From the NCBI GenBank assembly GCA_033763455.1, contig JANRKO010000033.1, forward strand, positions 160,001 to 224,000: a DNA stretch of 64,000 nucleotides. The letters run 5' to 3'. Shown here piece after piece: positions 18,364 to 28,484 of this stretch (its first letter is position 1; the number at the start of each line of letters is the position of its first letter). A program made the translations under genes and the position numbers. This DNA is from Polyangiaceae bacterium (GTDB taxonomy: Bacteria; Myxococcota_A; Polyangia; Polyangiales; Polyangiaceae). Under the pieces are notes generated by a model. That model had not been told where the DNA came from. It did no database searches and saw only the letters and a program-made list of their open reading frames with translations.

Positions 18364-19282
18364 CGCCCCACTCCCCCACCCGCACCACCTCGTGCGGCAC
18401 CTCTTCAAGCTGAAATTCCCGCAAAATTTCCCCTGGAGTCACAGGGCCTTCTGGCAAAAGCCCGCACGAGCTAGCTACCCACTGCACCACGCTGCGGGCA
18501 TCGGTGCCACGTTCTCGCAACGCCGAAAGCGAAAGAGCTCCGTGGCGTTTGGCTAAGCGTTGCCCGTTTTCGTCGACCACTAGCGGCAGGTGTACCCACT
18601 TGGGCGTATTGAGCTTCAAGGCGCTTTGCAGAAGCTGCTGCCGTGCAGCGCTCGGAAGGAGATCATCACCGCGCACTACCTCGGTCACGCCCGCTGCGGC
18701 GTCGTCCACCACCGTTGCTAGTTGGTAAGAAGCCGCGCCATCTTTGCGCAAAATCACAAAATCCCCCACCTCCGAACTCACATCGAAGGCGTGCTGGCCG
18801 GAGAAGCAATCCGTTACTTCTACGGGCCCTTCTTGCACCAAGAACCGCACGGCGGCGGCGCCCTTCTCGCGCTTGGCCGCTTCCCAAGAGCCAAAACGAC
18901 GGCGGCACGTGCCCGGGTAATGAAGCTCAGAATCTTCCGCATGGGGGGCGCTTTGTACACGTTCAATCTCTGAGCGCGAGCACACACATGGAAAAGCCAG
19001 GCCAGTTTCAGTGAGCTTCGAGGCCGCCTCAAGGTACCTTTCGCGGTTAGCGGATTGCCACTCTATGGGGCCCTCCCAAGTTAACCCAAGCCACTCCAGA
19101 TCTTGAAGTACGCGATCCGTCATGCCAGGACGCAAGCGCGTAGCGTCCAAATCATCGATGCGGAGCACCACTTTCCCACCGCGCGAGAGCGTGTACCACC
19201 AAGCGATCAAGAAGCTACGTGCGTGGCCCAGGTGCAATTCTCCCGTCGGGCTAGGAGCAAGGCGACCTACGGGCAAACTCAT
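18350..19282 (-). CDS. gluQ: Glutamyl-queuosine tRNA(Asp) synthetase
   Basis: RLAPSPTG.LHLGH, RIDDLD, CVCSR...YPGTC, YQLATVVDD, RGDDLL, RLAKR. No anticodon domain (310 aa). ATGA overlap with the upstream gene. Confidence 0.9.
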   Translation of the reverse strand: MSLPVGRLAPSPTGELHLGHARSFLIAWWYTLSRGGKVVLRIDDLDATRLRPGMTDRVLQDLEWLGLTWEGPIEWQSANRERYLEAASKLTETGLAFPCVCSRSEIERVQSAPHAEDSELHYPGTCRRRFGSWEAAKREKGAAAVRFLVQEGPVEVTDCFSGQHAFDVSSEVGDFVILRKDGAASYQLATVVDDAAAGVTEVVRGDDLLPSAARQQLLQSALKLNTPKWVHLPLVVDENGQRLAKRHGALSLSALRERGTDARSVVQWVASSCGLLPEGPVTPGEILREFQLEEVPHEVVRVGEWGATVL

Positions 19283-19872
19283 GGGCGTGAACAAGCACAC
19301 GTGGCTGCACGACCCTGGCTCCGACTCAAATCTTCGTGAGCACTCTGGCAGCGTTCACTCTGGGCGCCCAAGATACGGCAAATTCCGTTCGTGGCCCGCT
19401 CCATCGAGCCGAGAGCGCGGCATATACGCTCACAGCGTGACTGCTCTGAATCCGCCTTCTTTTCTCTCTGGGAGGCTTCATGCGAGGCTGCCACTGAAGC
19501 GCTTGCCCTGGGTGCGGCAGCTTTCGGAGCACTCGGAGCAGTCGCTTCACTCCTCATGGCGGCACTGCCCATCGCATCCGAAGAGGAAGGCGCCGCTGGC
19601 TCATCCCGCATCGCCAAAGTGAGCTCATCAAGCTCACGGCGAGCTAGGTCGAACGCTTCGGTGGCTTGAGCAATATCCTGGAACTCTTCGGCACCCGATC
19701 CCGGCTGCGCTTGAGATGCAGGCATTGCGTGAGGGGCGGCGGCAGGCGCCACCTCGGGCTCGCCTGCCCCCTTGCGTTCAGCAGCGCACGCAGTGAAACC
19801 AAGTGAAACGATGCCGGCTAAGAAGCCCAGACACCAACGCTCACTCTGCCTAGTACCCGACGTTTTGCGCAT
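19279..19872 (-). CDS. Hypothetical lipoprotein with C-terminal Cys motif
   Basis: GFTAC lipobox, Ala/Pro linker, CERICRALGSMERAT.GIC...C...CAC. Confidence 0.6.
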   Translation of the reverse strand: MRKTSGTRQSERWCLGFLAGIVSLGFTACAAERKGAGEPEVAPAAAPHAMPASQAQPGSGAEEFQDIAQATEAFDLARRELDELTLAMRDEPAAPSSSDAMGSAAMRSEATAPSAPKAAAPRASASVAASHEASQREKKADSEQSRCERICRALGSMERATNGICRILGAQSERCQSAHEDLSRSQGRAATCACSRP

Positions 19873-19918
19873 ACGCTCGGACAAAGCTTGCCGAAAACAC
19901 CCGGCTGAGACAAGCCGC

Positions 19919-20758
19919 TCAAGGCTCGGCAATGATGTACGCAAGCCAACCTGGCTGATTCTCTGCCACCTTGCGCGGCCGATAATCCTCAACGTCGTCG
20001 TTGTCGCTCACGTCCCAATACACGGTTACCTTCGAAAAACCGGCTTCAAGCAGGAGCTCCTGAAGCTCCGGAAGCGTCCAGTGGCGCCAGGTGTAGGAAA
20101 AGGCTTCGTTCAGGCGGGTGCCATCCGGGAACTCAAAATGGATGTGATTGACCGCGATGCCGTTGATGGGATCAAAGGAATCCTGATCCCAAATATACTT
20201 GAAACCTTTAACCGTGCGCATCTCACTCATGAGTTGGTTGGCCTCCCAACCACCAAAGGCATCGAGAATAAGGAGGCCATCTCGATTGAGGCCCGCGCGC
20301 GCTGTCTTGAAGTAGTTGCGTAGGCTTGGCCGATCCTGAAAAATCCAATAGCTGAAGTTAAAGCCGCAGATGATGTCGTGTTTGCGGCGCACCGCCTTCA
20401 TCACATTCTGCGCCAGAAGCTGAACGCGCTCGGCAGGCTCTCCGAGCGGAAGAATGTTGTGCTGCTTGCCCCACCCGAGCACCTCTTTATCGATGTCGAT
20501 ACCGGTGGCTGTGTTTTGAGGGTTTGCCTTCACCCACTCAGCACACAGGAGCGCAGTGCCACAGAAATCTTCCCGCAAAGAAAGCGGTGCACGCGCACGA
20601 TGTTTGCGGAACATACGCGTCAGCACCCGTACCTCTTCCTTCGGATCCTGCACCGACTGCTGATAGAGCGCATGGCGGTCCGCCGTTTTCGCTGTGAGGC
20701 GGGGTTTCTTCTTGGATTTCTTTTGCGCGCGAGGGGCGGTTTTTTTCTTGATTGCCAC
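19919..20758 (-). CDS. Class I SAM-dependent methyltransferase
   Basis: LYQQSVQDP, LREDFCGTA, GIDID, FNFSYW, YIWDQ. AAGGA RBS before the GTG start. Confidence 0.85.
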   Translation of the reverse strand: MAIKKKTAPRAQKKSKKKPRLTAKTADRHALYQQSVQDPKEEVRVLTRMFRKHRARAPLSLREDFCGTALLCAEWVKANPQNTATGIDIDKEVLGWGKQHNILPLGEPAERVQLLAQNVMKAVRRKHDIICGFNFSYWIFQDRPSLRNYFKTARAGLNRDGLLILDAFGGWEANQLMSEMRTVKGFKYIWDQDSFDPINGIAVNHIHFEFPDGTRLNEAFSYTWRHWTLPELQELLLEAGFSKVTVYWDVSDNDDVEDYRPRKVAENQPGWLAYIIAEP

Positions 20759-20880
20759 GAGGTTTCCTTAGCTAAACAGGCTGGTAGGTACTCGCCCACG
20801 CAGGGCTTGGCAATGGTTGGATGGCTCAGCCGCGAAGCGGGCATTGGCGAGCTTGTTTGCGCTGTGCTGGCTCTGCTCGC

Positions 20881-22146
20881 TTAACGCTGATGAAGCTTCG
20901 CAAGCGTTGCGCAATCGGCCAAAAGGGCCCATGTTTCGCGATCCGCCACATAAGAAAACAACACTTTCCCTGCGTTTTCAGCAAAAGAAACATTGGAAAA
21001 GACCCTGGCATTGGCGAGCGTGAAGGCGCCTCCGAGCTCGCTCCCATCGAAAGACCGCAATTGCAGCTGCTCCGGAGAACGCGGCGCATCATCCACCGGC
21101 AGCACCGTTAGCAGAAAATTTACTCCGCACACTTTGGCTACTGCAAAGGGCGCAGGATCTAACCCGTTAGCGTAGAGCGTCCAGGAGAGGGGCGTAGTCG
21201 TAGTGGGGGCATCACCGAGCGCCAAACGCGCCAACCCAAACGTCGAGCTATCTCGCTCAATGGGCACAAACGCAAACAGGCCTTTGGGGCTATTTCCAAG
21301 GTGCACCTCCGTCATTGGTTGAGCGGTACCGCTCACCCAAACCACCACATCGGGCCCGAGCTCCACCTTATTTCCAGCACCCGAAACCAAGCGGGCATGC
21401 AGCGGGCTCATACCCGTGCGAGATTCCAAATAGACCACCCACACGCGCTCGCCGCTCTCTGCAATACTCACAGTATTGGCGGTGCTGCCGTCAGGAGATA
21501 ATAACAGATTACCGCTCTTCTCCGTCCAAAGCCGGGCCACAAGGCCATCCGTCCCCGCAATTTTCCCTATGTAAGCAACCAAAAGCTGCCCACGGTAGCG
21601 AACCACTTGCACTCGAGTGCCATTCCGAGCGTCAGTCGCCAACACTTCCGGTGCGCTTCGGGAGGCCACACGCGCGCGCAGCAGCCTGCCGCTGGAAACC
21701 CAATAGGCCATTCCATCCACCACAGCAGGCCCACGCCCAATGGACACGAAGTTCTCCTTGGGCTCAGCTATCGACGAAAGCGTATTGCCCGTGAGTTTTG
21801 CCAACAGCACGCGCTCTTCGACTGTGACCATCACCACGCCTTCTTTGGCGGCAGTGGCAGGCCCCGCCGGCCCCACCTCAAACAGACGTGTCCCCTTCAA
21901 CGGCAGTTCGACGGCCCGTGATGGCTCGTCCACAGCTTCAAGCGGCGGGGGCAGCGCTTTCACCACTTCAGGCAGCTTTGGTTTTTTTGGCACCACTTGC
22001 GCCCCAGGGAGCGCACCGGTGTCCCGGGGCGGCGCTTGCGTGCTCGCGGATTCAGGAGCGCTTCGACACGCACCACTCGACACACCGCTCACAAGCGCGG
22101 GCAAAAGGCATATGAGCCGCGCATGTTTGCAATATCTGGCAGCCAC
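20881..22146 (-). CDS. Hypothetical secreted/lipoprotein (beta-rich)
   Basis: Long ORF with a hydrophobic N-terminus ending SGAC and a Pro-rich spacer. Confidence 0.6.
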   Translation of the reverse strand: MAARYCKHARLICLLPALVSGVSSGACRSAPESASTQAPPRDTGALPGAQVVPKKPKLPEVVKALPPPLEAVDEPSRAVELPLKGTRLFEVGPAGPATAAKEGVVMVTVEERVLLAKLTGNTLSSIAEPKENFVSIGRGPAVVDGMAYWVSSGRLLRARVASRSAPEVLATDARNGTRVQVVRYRGQLLVAYIGKIAGTDGLVARLWTEKSGNLLLSPDGSTANTVSIAESGERVWVVYLESRTGMSPLHARLVSGAGNKVELGPDVVVWVSGTAQPMTEVHLGNSPKGLFAFVPIERDSSTFGLARLALGDAPTTTTPLSWTLYANGLDPAPFAVAKVCGVNFLLTVLPVDDAPRSPEQLQLRSFDGSELGGAFTLANARVFSNVSFAENAGKVLFSYVADRETWALLADCATLAKLHQR

Positions 22147-22244
22147 CGAACAAGCACCCTGCGCCCAAGGCGCGGATACATCAAGATGGAATTTCCCGGT
22201 GGGGTGATCTGCGCGGGAAAGCCTTGGCTAAGGTCGCTCTACTT

Positions 22245-23744
22245 CTAGGCCCGGATTTCGGAAATTGCGCCCCTGCTAATCATCGGATCACCGAAGTTCG
22301 CATCGGGCAGGCCATACGCGTTCAAGATCGTGGTCAAAAGATCGTTGATGTAGCGCATGTTCGTTGGATCGAACTCTGGAATCGGATCAGTAGTTAGCGA
22401 ATTGCTATCGATGATCCTAATATGCCGGCCAGTCTTGAAGTACTTGTTGAGATTGCCAAGCAATACGAGCGGAATGTTGATGCTCGCGTGGCTGTTGCCC
22501 TGACCCATATTGGTGGTCCAAAGCAGGAGCGTGTTGTCGTAGACGGCATGCTGCTTGAGCTTCTCTTGCAGCTTGAATACCTGCCCGGCGTTCCACGCGC
22601 CAACGTTAATGAAATTCTGAACATCCTCCCACCAGCTCATGGAGCCAGGATCATTTGGGTCCATCTCGTAAGGCACCTGCCCAGGAGTGAGCCAAATGTG
22701 CGAGAGATCGTGCCAACGTGCTCGTTGCCCTGGGATCCAGGTGAACACTAGGTTGTTCCCTTCTTCGTTCATTTGAAACGTGATTATGCGTGTGAGGTCG
22801 CAGGCAAAAGCCATTGCGCCCAGGTCCATCATTACGTCGGCAATTTGGGGCTGCAAGGCTAAGTATTGCTCGTTGATCTCGCCGTTAGTTGGAAAAAGAT
22901 CCGCCGGGTAAGCCGGGGTCATGCACGAAACCGTGGGTTGGGAAACAATATCGATGCGTTGTTCTACACTGCGAAAAGCCTCAAGGTACTGGTCGAGCTT
23001 CTGCCGATCCAAGGTGCTGAGCGATGGTCTCAACGTTTCTGCGTGTTGAATCGCCGCGTCCAAAACTGACTTCTGACGCGCGCGCAGCATGTCGGCCGAA
23101 AAGGTGGGTGCCGTCGCTGCGGGCGCCACTACTTGGGAGCTCGGAAAAAGCTTGTTGAAAACGTTGCGCGGGTTCTCCATTGCGGGAACAGACTGGCCTT
23201 TGTCAATCCACGACACGGCACTCTTGGTTCCCGCTGCCGTAACGATCACGCCAAGCTGGAGGTTCGGAAATCGCATGGTCTTGTCGTGGCCAAGTTGTTT
23301 CGCGAGGTAGTGATCGAGCGAAATGCCTCCGCCGGTAACTTCGGTGTCGCTGATCTCGAGCGGCTCGTACCCATTCAAAATGCTGCAGTAACCGTCGTGG
23401 TTAGAGCCAGCGTTCTGCAACCCCTCCAGAATGAGCATTTCACTCCGCACCGACTCGAGTGGCTTGAGGGTCTCGGTGAATTCGAAGTTAGGGTTGTCGA
23501 GGGGGCCAACACCAGATCGCGGATACAGGTCGATCGTACCCGACCGCTTGTCGTATTGGGACTTACCAGGTTCCGGTGGCCAGAAGGCATCCCCAAACAT
23601 CGAGAAAGGCTGGTGATAGGTGATAAAGCGCGGTGGCGACACTGCCTGAGCACTCGCCACTCGCATACCCTCGAGCAATGGCAGGGCTATCATGCAGCCT
23701 GCACCGCCTTGAAGTAAGGTTCGTCTCGATATTTTTCGACGCAT
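22245..23744 (-). CDS. DUF1552 (HXXSHH)-family Tat-exported protein
   Basis: SRRTLLQG Tat motif, ALPLLE.M, SLDHYLA, PRNVFNKLF, SVLD, D..KLDQYL, AFACDLTR, WHDLSH, NSHAS. Confidence 0.88.
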   Translation of the reverse strand: MRRKISRRTLLQGGAGCMIALPLLEGMRVASAQAVSPPRFITYHQPFSMFGDAFWPPEPGKSQYDKRSGTIDLYPRSGVGPLDNPNFEFTETLKPLESVRSEMLILEGLQNAGSNHDGYCSILNGYEPLEISDTEVTGGGISLDHYLAKQLGHDKTMRFPNLQLGVIVTAAGTKSAVSWIDKGQSVPAMENPRNVFNKLFPSSQVVAPAATAPTFSADMLRARQKSVLDAAIQHAETLRPSLSTLDRQKLDQYLEAFRSVEQRIDIVSQPTVSCMTPAYPADLFPTNGEINEQYLALQPQIADVMMDLGAMAFACDLTRIITFQMNEEGNNLVFTWIPGQRARWHDLSHIWLTPGQVPYEMDPNDPGSMSWWEDVQNFINVGAWNAGQVFKLQEKLKQHAVYDNTLLLWTTNMGQGNSHASINIPLVLLGNLNKYFKTGRHIRIIDSNSLTTDPIPEFDPTNMRYINDLLTTILNAYGLPDANFGDPMISRGAISEIRA

Positions 23745-24379
23745 GACAACTCCTGAACCTGCGATTCGGCGCTTGCACGAAGCGCCGCTAGAGAACAAGG
23801 ATGCCGGAAACTGGCCTCTTTGCTAGTCCCAAGTGTGCAACTTGTGTCAGCCTTCAGCCTGAACGCAACATGCGTGCGGCGCTGCAATTCAAGCAGTCGC
23901 GGGCTGCCATGCCCCCAGGTGCGGCACAACTTTGTACCAGTGCACTGCGTTGAGATTCGAACGCTCATGCTCTCGCGCGGCCCACAAGGTCGGCGCTGCG
24001 TCAACGCTGACCATGGGAGACACCCAATGCCGCATTCAATCACCGTCGCAACGCCGTGGGCCAAGCGCTCGTCTCCAAGAACCGAATCGCCCGGATCCCC
24101 ATAGGTTTCAAGCGCTGCTTCGCGGGTTCGGGCAGCAGCACGGATGTTTGCTTCAACGACAGGAAGGATCTCCACGTCGCCCACTGTTGATCAAGCTTTC
24201 CACCGGCACGCGAAGCCTGCCACGCGCCACTTGGGTCGGAGGCTCTTGCCGGTTTCACCGTTGTCCTGGTGATATGGCCACGCGAAAACGCCATTGCCAC
24301 GCGGTGTATGTTAGCATCTAGGTCGCGAGCTCGCGGCTCTTGCTCCAGCCCGAGAGATCTCGTGATAAGAGGCAACGCA

Positions 24380-25075
24380 ATGACTCCCTGGTGCCACTGT
24401 GCCGCCCTAGGCCTGCTCTTGGTCTGCACTCTCCCAAGTTGCGCCCGAAGCTCTCCTCCCCAGGCGGGACCAAAGACATTCATTTCCAAGAGCGAGAGCG
24501 GGAGCCCGTCGCTTCAAGCTAGCCTTCCGCGAGCTATGAGCGCCACTCCTGCGCCTTCAGCCCCTGCGGACTCCGCGGCTGCCTCAGCACGCACGCAGCT
24601 CAACACCACACCAGCCACGCCTCCGTCAGCTCCAGGCACCACACCGTCCACTAGCCCGGCAGCCTCGACACCTTCCTCAACCTCGAACCCTGGTGAGAAC
24701 ACCGCACCAGTCCCTGCGCGAGCGTTGCCCAAGCTCGAACTCAAAGCCGTAGGCCTACATGTTGGAGGTGGGCCGAATGATGCGGCCACGCATCACGCCT
24801 TCGGAGCGCCCATAGCCCTGCAATTTTCGGAATTCATGCGATGTTATCGTTCGGTAGAGAACCCCAAGGCCTTAGCAATATTTGGCGTTGACCTGCTGGT
24901 GCCTTCCGATGAAGGGCGTGCGAGTGTCAGAAAAATTAGAACATCACTTAGGGGCAAGGAGTTTCAAGTTTGCATGCAAGGTGCGCTCGAATTGGTCCGA
25001 TTCAAAAACCCCTTAAAGAAGCCAACAACCGTGAGCTATTCCGTTCGTTTCGCGCTCCTCGGGCTAGAACGCTGA
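24380..25075 (+). CDS. Lipoprotein with AgmX/PglI/TonB-C-like C-terminal domain
   Basis: LPSC lipobox, S/T/P/A linker, F.RCY...C..GALE.V.F..P...TVSYSVRF. Confidence 0.55.
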   Translation: MTPWCHCAALGLLLVCTLPSCARSSPPQAGPKTFISKSESGSPSLQASLPRAMSATPAPSAPADSAAASARTQLNTTPATPPSAPGTTPSTSPAASTPSSTSNPGENTAPVPARALPKLELKAVGLHVGGGPNDAATHHAFGAPIALQFSEFMRCYRSVENPKALAIFGVDLLVPSDEGRASVRKIRTSLRGKEFQVCMQGALELVRFKNPLKKPTTVSYSVRFALLGLER

Positions 25076-25120
25076 GTCGCCCAGCGACGAACACGCCCCA
25101 AGCTTTGCTTGCCACTCGCT

Positions 25121-26533
25121 TCAGCGTCTGTCAGGCAAAGTGGGGAGCAGATCCGGAAGGCCTTGAAGCCACTTCAGGTCTTTGGTCGTTGGCAAGCGAA
25201 GGCCCTCGGCACCCTTCATGAGCTCACTTCCCGGGTCGAGACCGGCCGGTGCCTTCAGCCCGCAACCGATGCCCACGGTAAGGCGTGGAGATTGGGAGCT
25301 GAGCGCTGAGAGCTTGCTCTCTAACGACAGCTCGATCTGAACGCTGCCGTTAACCCATCGACTCGCAGGCTTGGACACCATGTTGCCGAACCAAGCGCCA
25401 AGCTCAGAGCGCAGGATCGCTTGAGTCAGCTCCTGGCAAGAGAGTGAACCTCGCAGGCGCCCAATCAACTGGGCTTCCTCCCCGGAGCCCGAAGAATTCG
25501 CCGTTCCCCCTGAAAGATGCTGAACCGTGGCCGTGCCAGCCAGAAGAAGAGGCCCCGCGTTCACTGAAATTCGACTCAAATGGAGCGTTTCGTAGTTCGC
25601 ATCGAGCGCCCAGGGCGAGCGGACAGAGACGGTGCTTCCCAAGGACCCCAATCCGAAAGTTCCGGGAAGGTTGGTTCGTATCCCATCCACTACCAACTCC
25701 AAATCACCGATTGGGGTACTGCCCGAGCCGCGCAGTTGCTTGGCATGCAGCGACCCTTTCAAGTTCACGCCTGAGCTCGCACCACCGAATAAAAATGCTT
25801 CCGATACCTGCGAGAACTGCACATCCGCGGTCACCTCCTCAGGCGTTACATTCACGGCAACATCGAAGGCACCCACATTTCGGTCCCGGACGCGTTGAAG
25901 ACGCCACTCGGATTCAGTGGCCGTGGCCGTAAAGGATCCGCGATTTACACCCCACAACCACACTTCCGGCAGGTTTAGCACCGTGGCAGTGGCTTGCCGC
26001 TCGAACGAGAAATCCCGAAGCAAGAGCCAAGGCCGTTCGCTGGTGGGTTCGGCCAGGCTGATGGTTATGTGCTCGCCTTCCATCAGCACATCCTGCTTGG
26101 GCCCCGGATCGCCGCCACCTGCAGGCTGGTCGAAACGGGCGCGCAGATCTCCGCGGCTGAAGCGCCCCGAAGCCTCGACGTGCTCCAAACGAATCTTCTG
26201 CAGCTGCAAGCCTTCAAACTCGAATCGCAGCCTCCCAATCGTACCATCCACCCTTACCGGACCCAGCGTCCTGAACCTGGTATGTTCCAAGGCAAGGTAG
26301 AAGAAGCCAGCCTTGAGCTCACCCGGCCACAACTCAACGCCTCGCTCGGCCGCCCGGGTTTGGAGCTCGTTGAGAATATAGGTTCGTGCGGTAAAGAGTC
26401 CCAGGCCCACGAGCCCCGCCAGCAACGCCATGCCCAACACAACGCGCACGAGCGTGCGAGGCTTGGCAGCATCCGGTCCCCTGGCGGCAGGAAGCGACTT
26501 CTGGTCGGCGTCGCCCTTAGGACTCTCTTTCAT
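25121..26533 (-). CDS. Hypothetical membrane-anchored protein (AsmA-like, beta-rich)
   Basis: Single N-terminal TM helix followed by a long amphipathic beta-strand region. Confidence 0.55.
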   Translation of the reverse strand: MKESPKGDADQKSLPAARGPDAAKPRTLVRVVLGMALLAGLVGLGLFTARTYILNELQTRAAERGVELWPGELKAGFFYLALEHTRFRTLGPVRVDGTIGRLRFEFEGLQLQKIRLEHVEASGRFSRGDLRARFDQPAGGGDPGPKQDVLMEGEHITISLAEPTSERPWLLLRDFSFERQATATVLNLPEVWLWGVNRGSFTATATESEWRLQRVRDRNVGAFDVAVNVTPEEVTADVQFSQVSEAFLFGGASSGVNLKGSLHAKQLRGSGSTPIGDLELVVDGIRTNLPGTFGLGSLGSTVSVRSPWALDANYETLHLSRISVNAGPLLLAGTATVQHLSGGTANSSGSGEEAQLIGRLRGSLSCQELTQAILRSELGAWFGNMVSKPASRWVNGSVQIELSLESKLSALSSQSPRLTVGIGCGLKAPAGLDPGSELMKGAEGLRLPTTKDLKWLQGLPDLLPTLPDRR

Positions 26534-26615
26534 GGTGCGACCCTCATCCAAAAGTTCTAGCCCCTCCCCAGCTCACGCTCAACAAGGGGCACTTTCCGGT
26601 GCTATAGGCCAAACT

Positions 26616-27086
26616 ATGCCTCCTACGTATCTCACCCCCGATGGCGCGAAGACTCTTTCCGCCGAGCTCAAGCAATTGCTCTACGTCGACCGAGCAAAGG
26701 TAGTGCAAGAGGTGTCGGATGCCGCAGCCATGGGCGATCGCTCGGAGAACGCGGAGTATATCTATGGGAAGAAGCGCTTGCGCGAGATCGACCGCCGCAT
26801 TCGTTTCATTACCAAGCGCTTAGAGAATGCCGTCGTGGTGAACCAAGAGGAGCGCCGCACCGATATCGTGGCGTTTGGCGCCAAGGTGCGCGTGCGGGAT
26901 GAGAACGGCAAAGAGAGCAGCTACCAAATTGTCGGGCCCGATGAGGCCAACCCCACGGAGCGCCGCATCAGCTTTCATGCCCCCCTCGGCAAAGCTCTCA
27001 TGAAAAAGAAGGTGGGCGAATTTGTAACGGTGATGCGCCCGGTGGGGGAGATCGAACTCGAGATCTTGGCGATCGAGTATTCTTAG
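26616..27086 (+). CDS. greB: Transcription elongation factor GreB
   Basis: YLTPDG, AAAMGDRSENAEYIYGKKRLREIDRRIRF, IVGPDE, IS..APLGKAL. Confidence 0.92.
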   Translation: MPPTYLTPDGAKTLSAELKQLLYVDRAKVVQEVSDAAAMGDRSENAEYIYGKKRLREIDRRIRFITKRLENAVVVNQEERRTDIVAFGAKVRVRDENGKESSYQIVGPDEANPTERRISFHAPLGKALMKKKVGEFVTVMRPVGEIELEILAIEYS

Positions 27087-27122
27087 CAACCCACGGCCGA
27101 TGGCCACCCCAGGCGCGCCAGC

Positions 27123-28484
27123 TTAGCCGAGATTCAGGGGCCCCGTGATCGACGCCGGGTCACCGAAGGTTGTGAGCGGCACACCCATCAGGTTGGCAAG
27201 ATTGAGCAAGAGGTCGGAGCGGGCCCTGCCATTGGCGTTAAAGGTGCGTCCCGTTCTAAGTTGGCCCCCCGCCTTGCCCGCTAGCAACACCGGCACGGGG
27301 CGGTTAAGGTGTATTGATCCATCGCCCATTTCAGAGGTCAAAAGCACCAAGCAGTTATCAAGCATGCTGCCGCCGCCTTCGGGCGTGTCCTTGAGGCGCT
27401 TCACAACCACGGCGAGCTGCGCAAGGAGCCAGTTCTGCGCGGCCACGAAATCTGGCCCCGGCGAGTGCTGCATGGGATGATGCCCTAGGTTATTCAAACC
27501 GATCCAGCTGAACAACAGCTCGGCACCGGTGTTGAACATCTGCATGGTAGCCACGCGAGTGGCATCGCAATTGATGGATTGGTAAAGGAGTTCGTTCATG
27601 GCGGCCGTCACCGCCGGGACATCAGTACCTGATCCCAGCGTGGGAGCGCCGCAGGAAGCGCCCGGTGCGGACACAACCCCTCCACCGGTGCCACCGGGAG
27701 CGTTCATGATCTGCTTCTCAAGCTCGCGCAGCGTATTCAAGTGCTCATCCAGCCTCAGCTTCTCGGCGGACCCGACGAGGCCCTGAATGCTGGTCACCTG
27801 ACCCTTCAGGAGATCTAAGATGCTCTGACGCTGGGCGTTGAGCGCCTGCAGCTTGGCCGTAGCGGCCGGATCCGTAGGAGCAGGGCCCACGGGCGCATTA
27901 CCGAAGAGCCGCGTAAACATCGTCGCCGGGTCCATCACTGGCGGGAGGACGGCGCCATTGGAGTATGTGATCGCTCCGGTATGCCTGCCGTTGCAATCCG
28001 CAGTATCCGAGTAGACGCCGAATTGGAGCGAGGAAAATCGAGTATTGGCTCCAACGCTCTGGGCGATAGCCTGATCGATCGAGGCCATGCCTTGGGGAAT
28101 GAATCCACCCTCCTCCATCATGCCTCGACCGTCCCCGGTGAGCATGGTGCGCTCGCCACCGTGCCCGGGATCACTACCATCCGGTAAGGCTGCATCAATG
28201 ATGTTATTGAATAGTAAGATATCTGAACTCAGCGGTGCCAGTGGCGCCAGCATCTTGTCGTAGGTCCACATCCCCTCGGTGCCGTTGGTCATCATCGCGC
28301 CACCAGGGAAGTAAAGAACGATGAAACGCAGGGGGGCCGCTTGAGCCTCTGCCAACGTCGCTCGGAACACTGGGGCGGCAAGGAAGCTGGCTCCACCCAG
28401 ACCCTTGAGGAGTGATCGGCGCTTAATGAGGGCTTTCGACATAGATCCGGCTCTTCTGGATAAGGTGACAGGTTGGTTGCTCAT
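27123..28484 (-). CDS. DUF1552 (HXXSHH)-family Tat-exported protein
   Basis: KRRSLLKG, RFIVLYFPGG, SIDQAIA, SLQFGV, SILD, LDEHL, CDATRVA, HHPMQH, GSMLDN, SEMGDG.H. ATGA overlap with the DUF1592 gene. Confidence 0.9.
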   Translation of the reverse strand: MSNQPVTLSRRAGSMSKALIKRRSLLKGLGGASFLAAPVFRATLAEAQAAPLRFIVLYFPGGAMMTNGTEGMWTYDKMLAPLAPLSSDILLFNNIIDAALPDGSDPGHGGERTMLTGDGRGMMEEGGFIPQGMASIDQAIAQSVGANTRFSSLQFGVYSDTADCNGRHTGAITYSNGAVLPPVMDPATMFTRLFGNAPVGPAPTDPAATAKLQALNAQRQSILDLLKGQVTSIQGLVGSAEKLRLDEHLNTLRELEKQIMNAPGGTGGGVVSAPGASCGAPTLGSGTDVPAVTAAMNELLYQSINCDATRVATMQMFNTGAELLFSWIGLNNLGHHPMQHSPGPDFVAAQNWLLAQLAVVVKRLKDTPEGGGSMLDNCLVLLTSEMGDGSIHLNRPVPVLLAGKAGGQLRTGRTFNANGRARSDLLLNLANLMGVPLTTFGDPASITGPLNLG

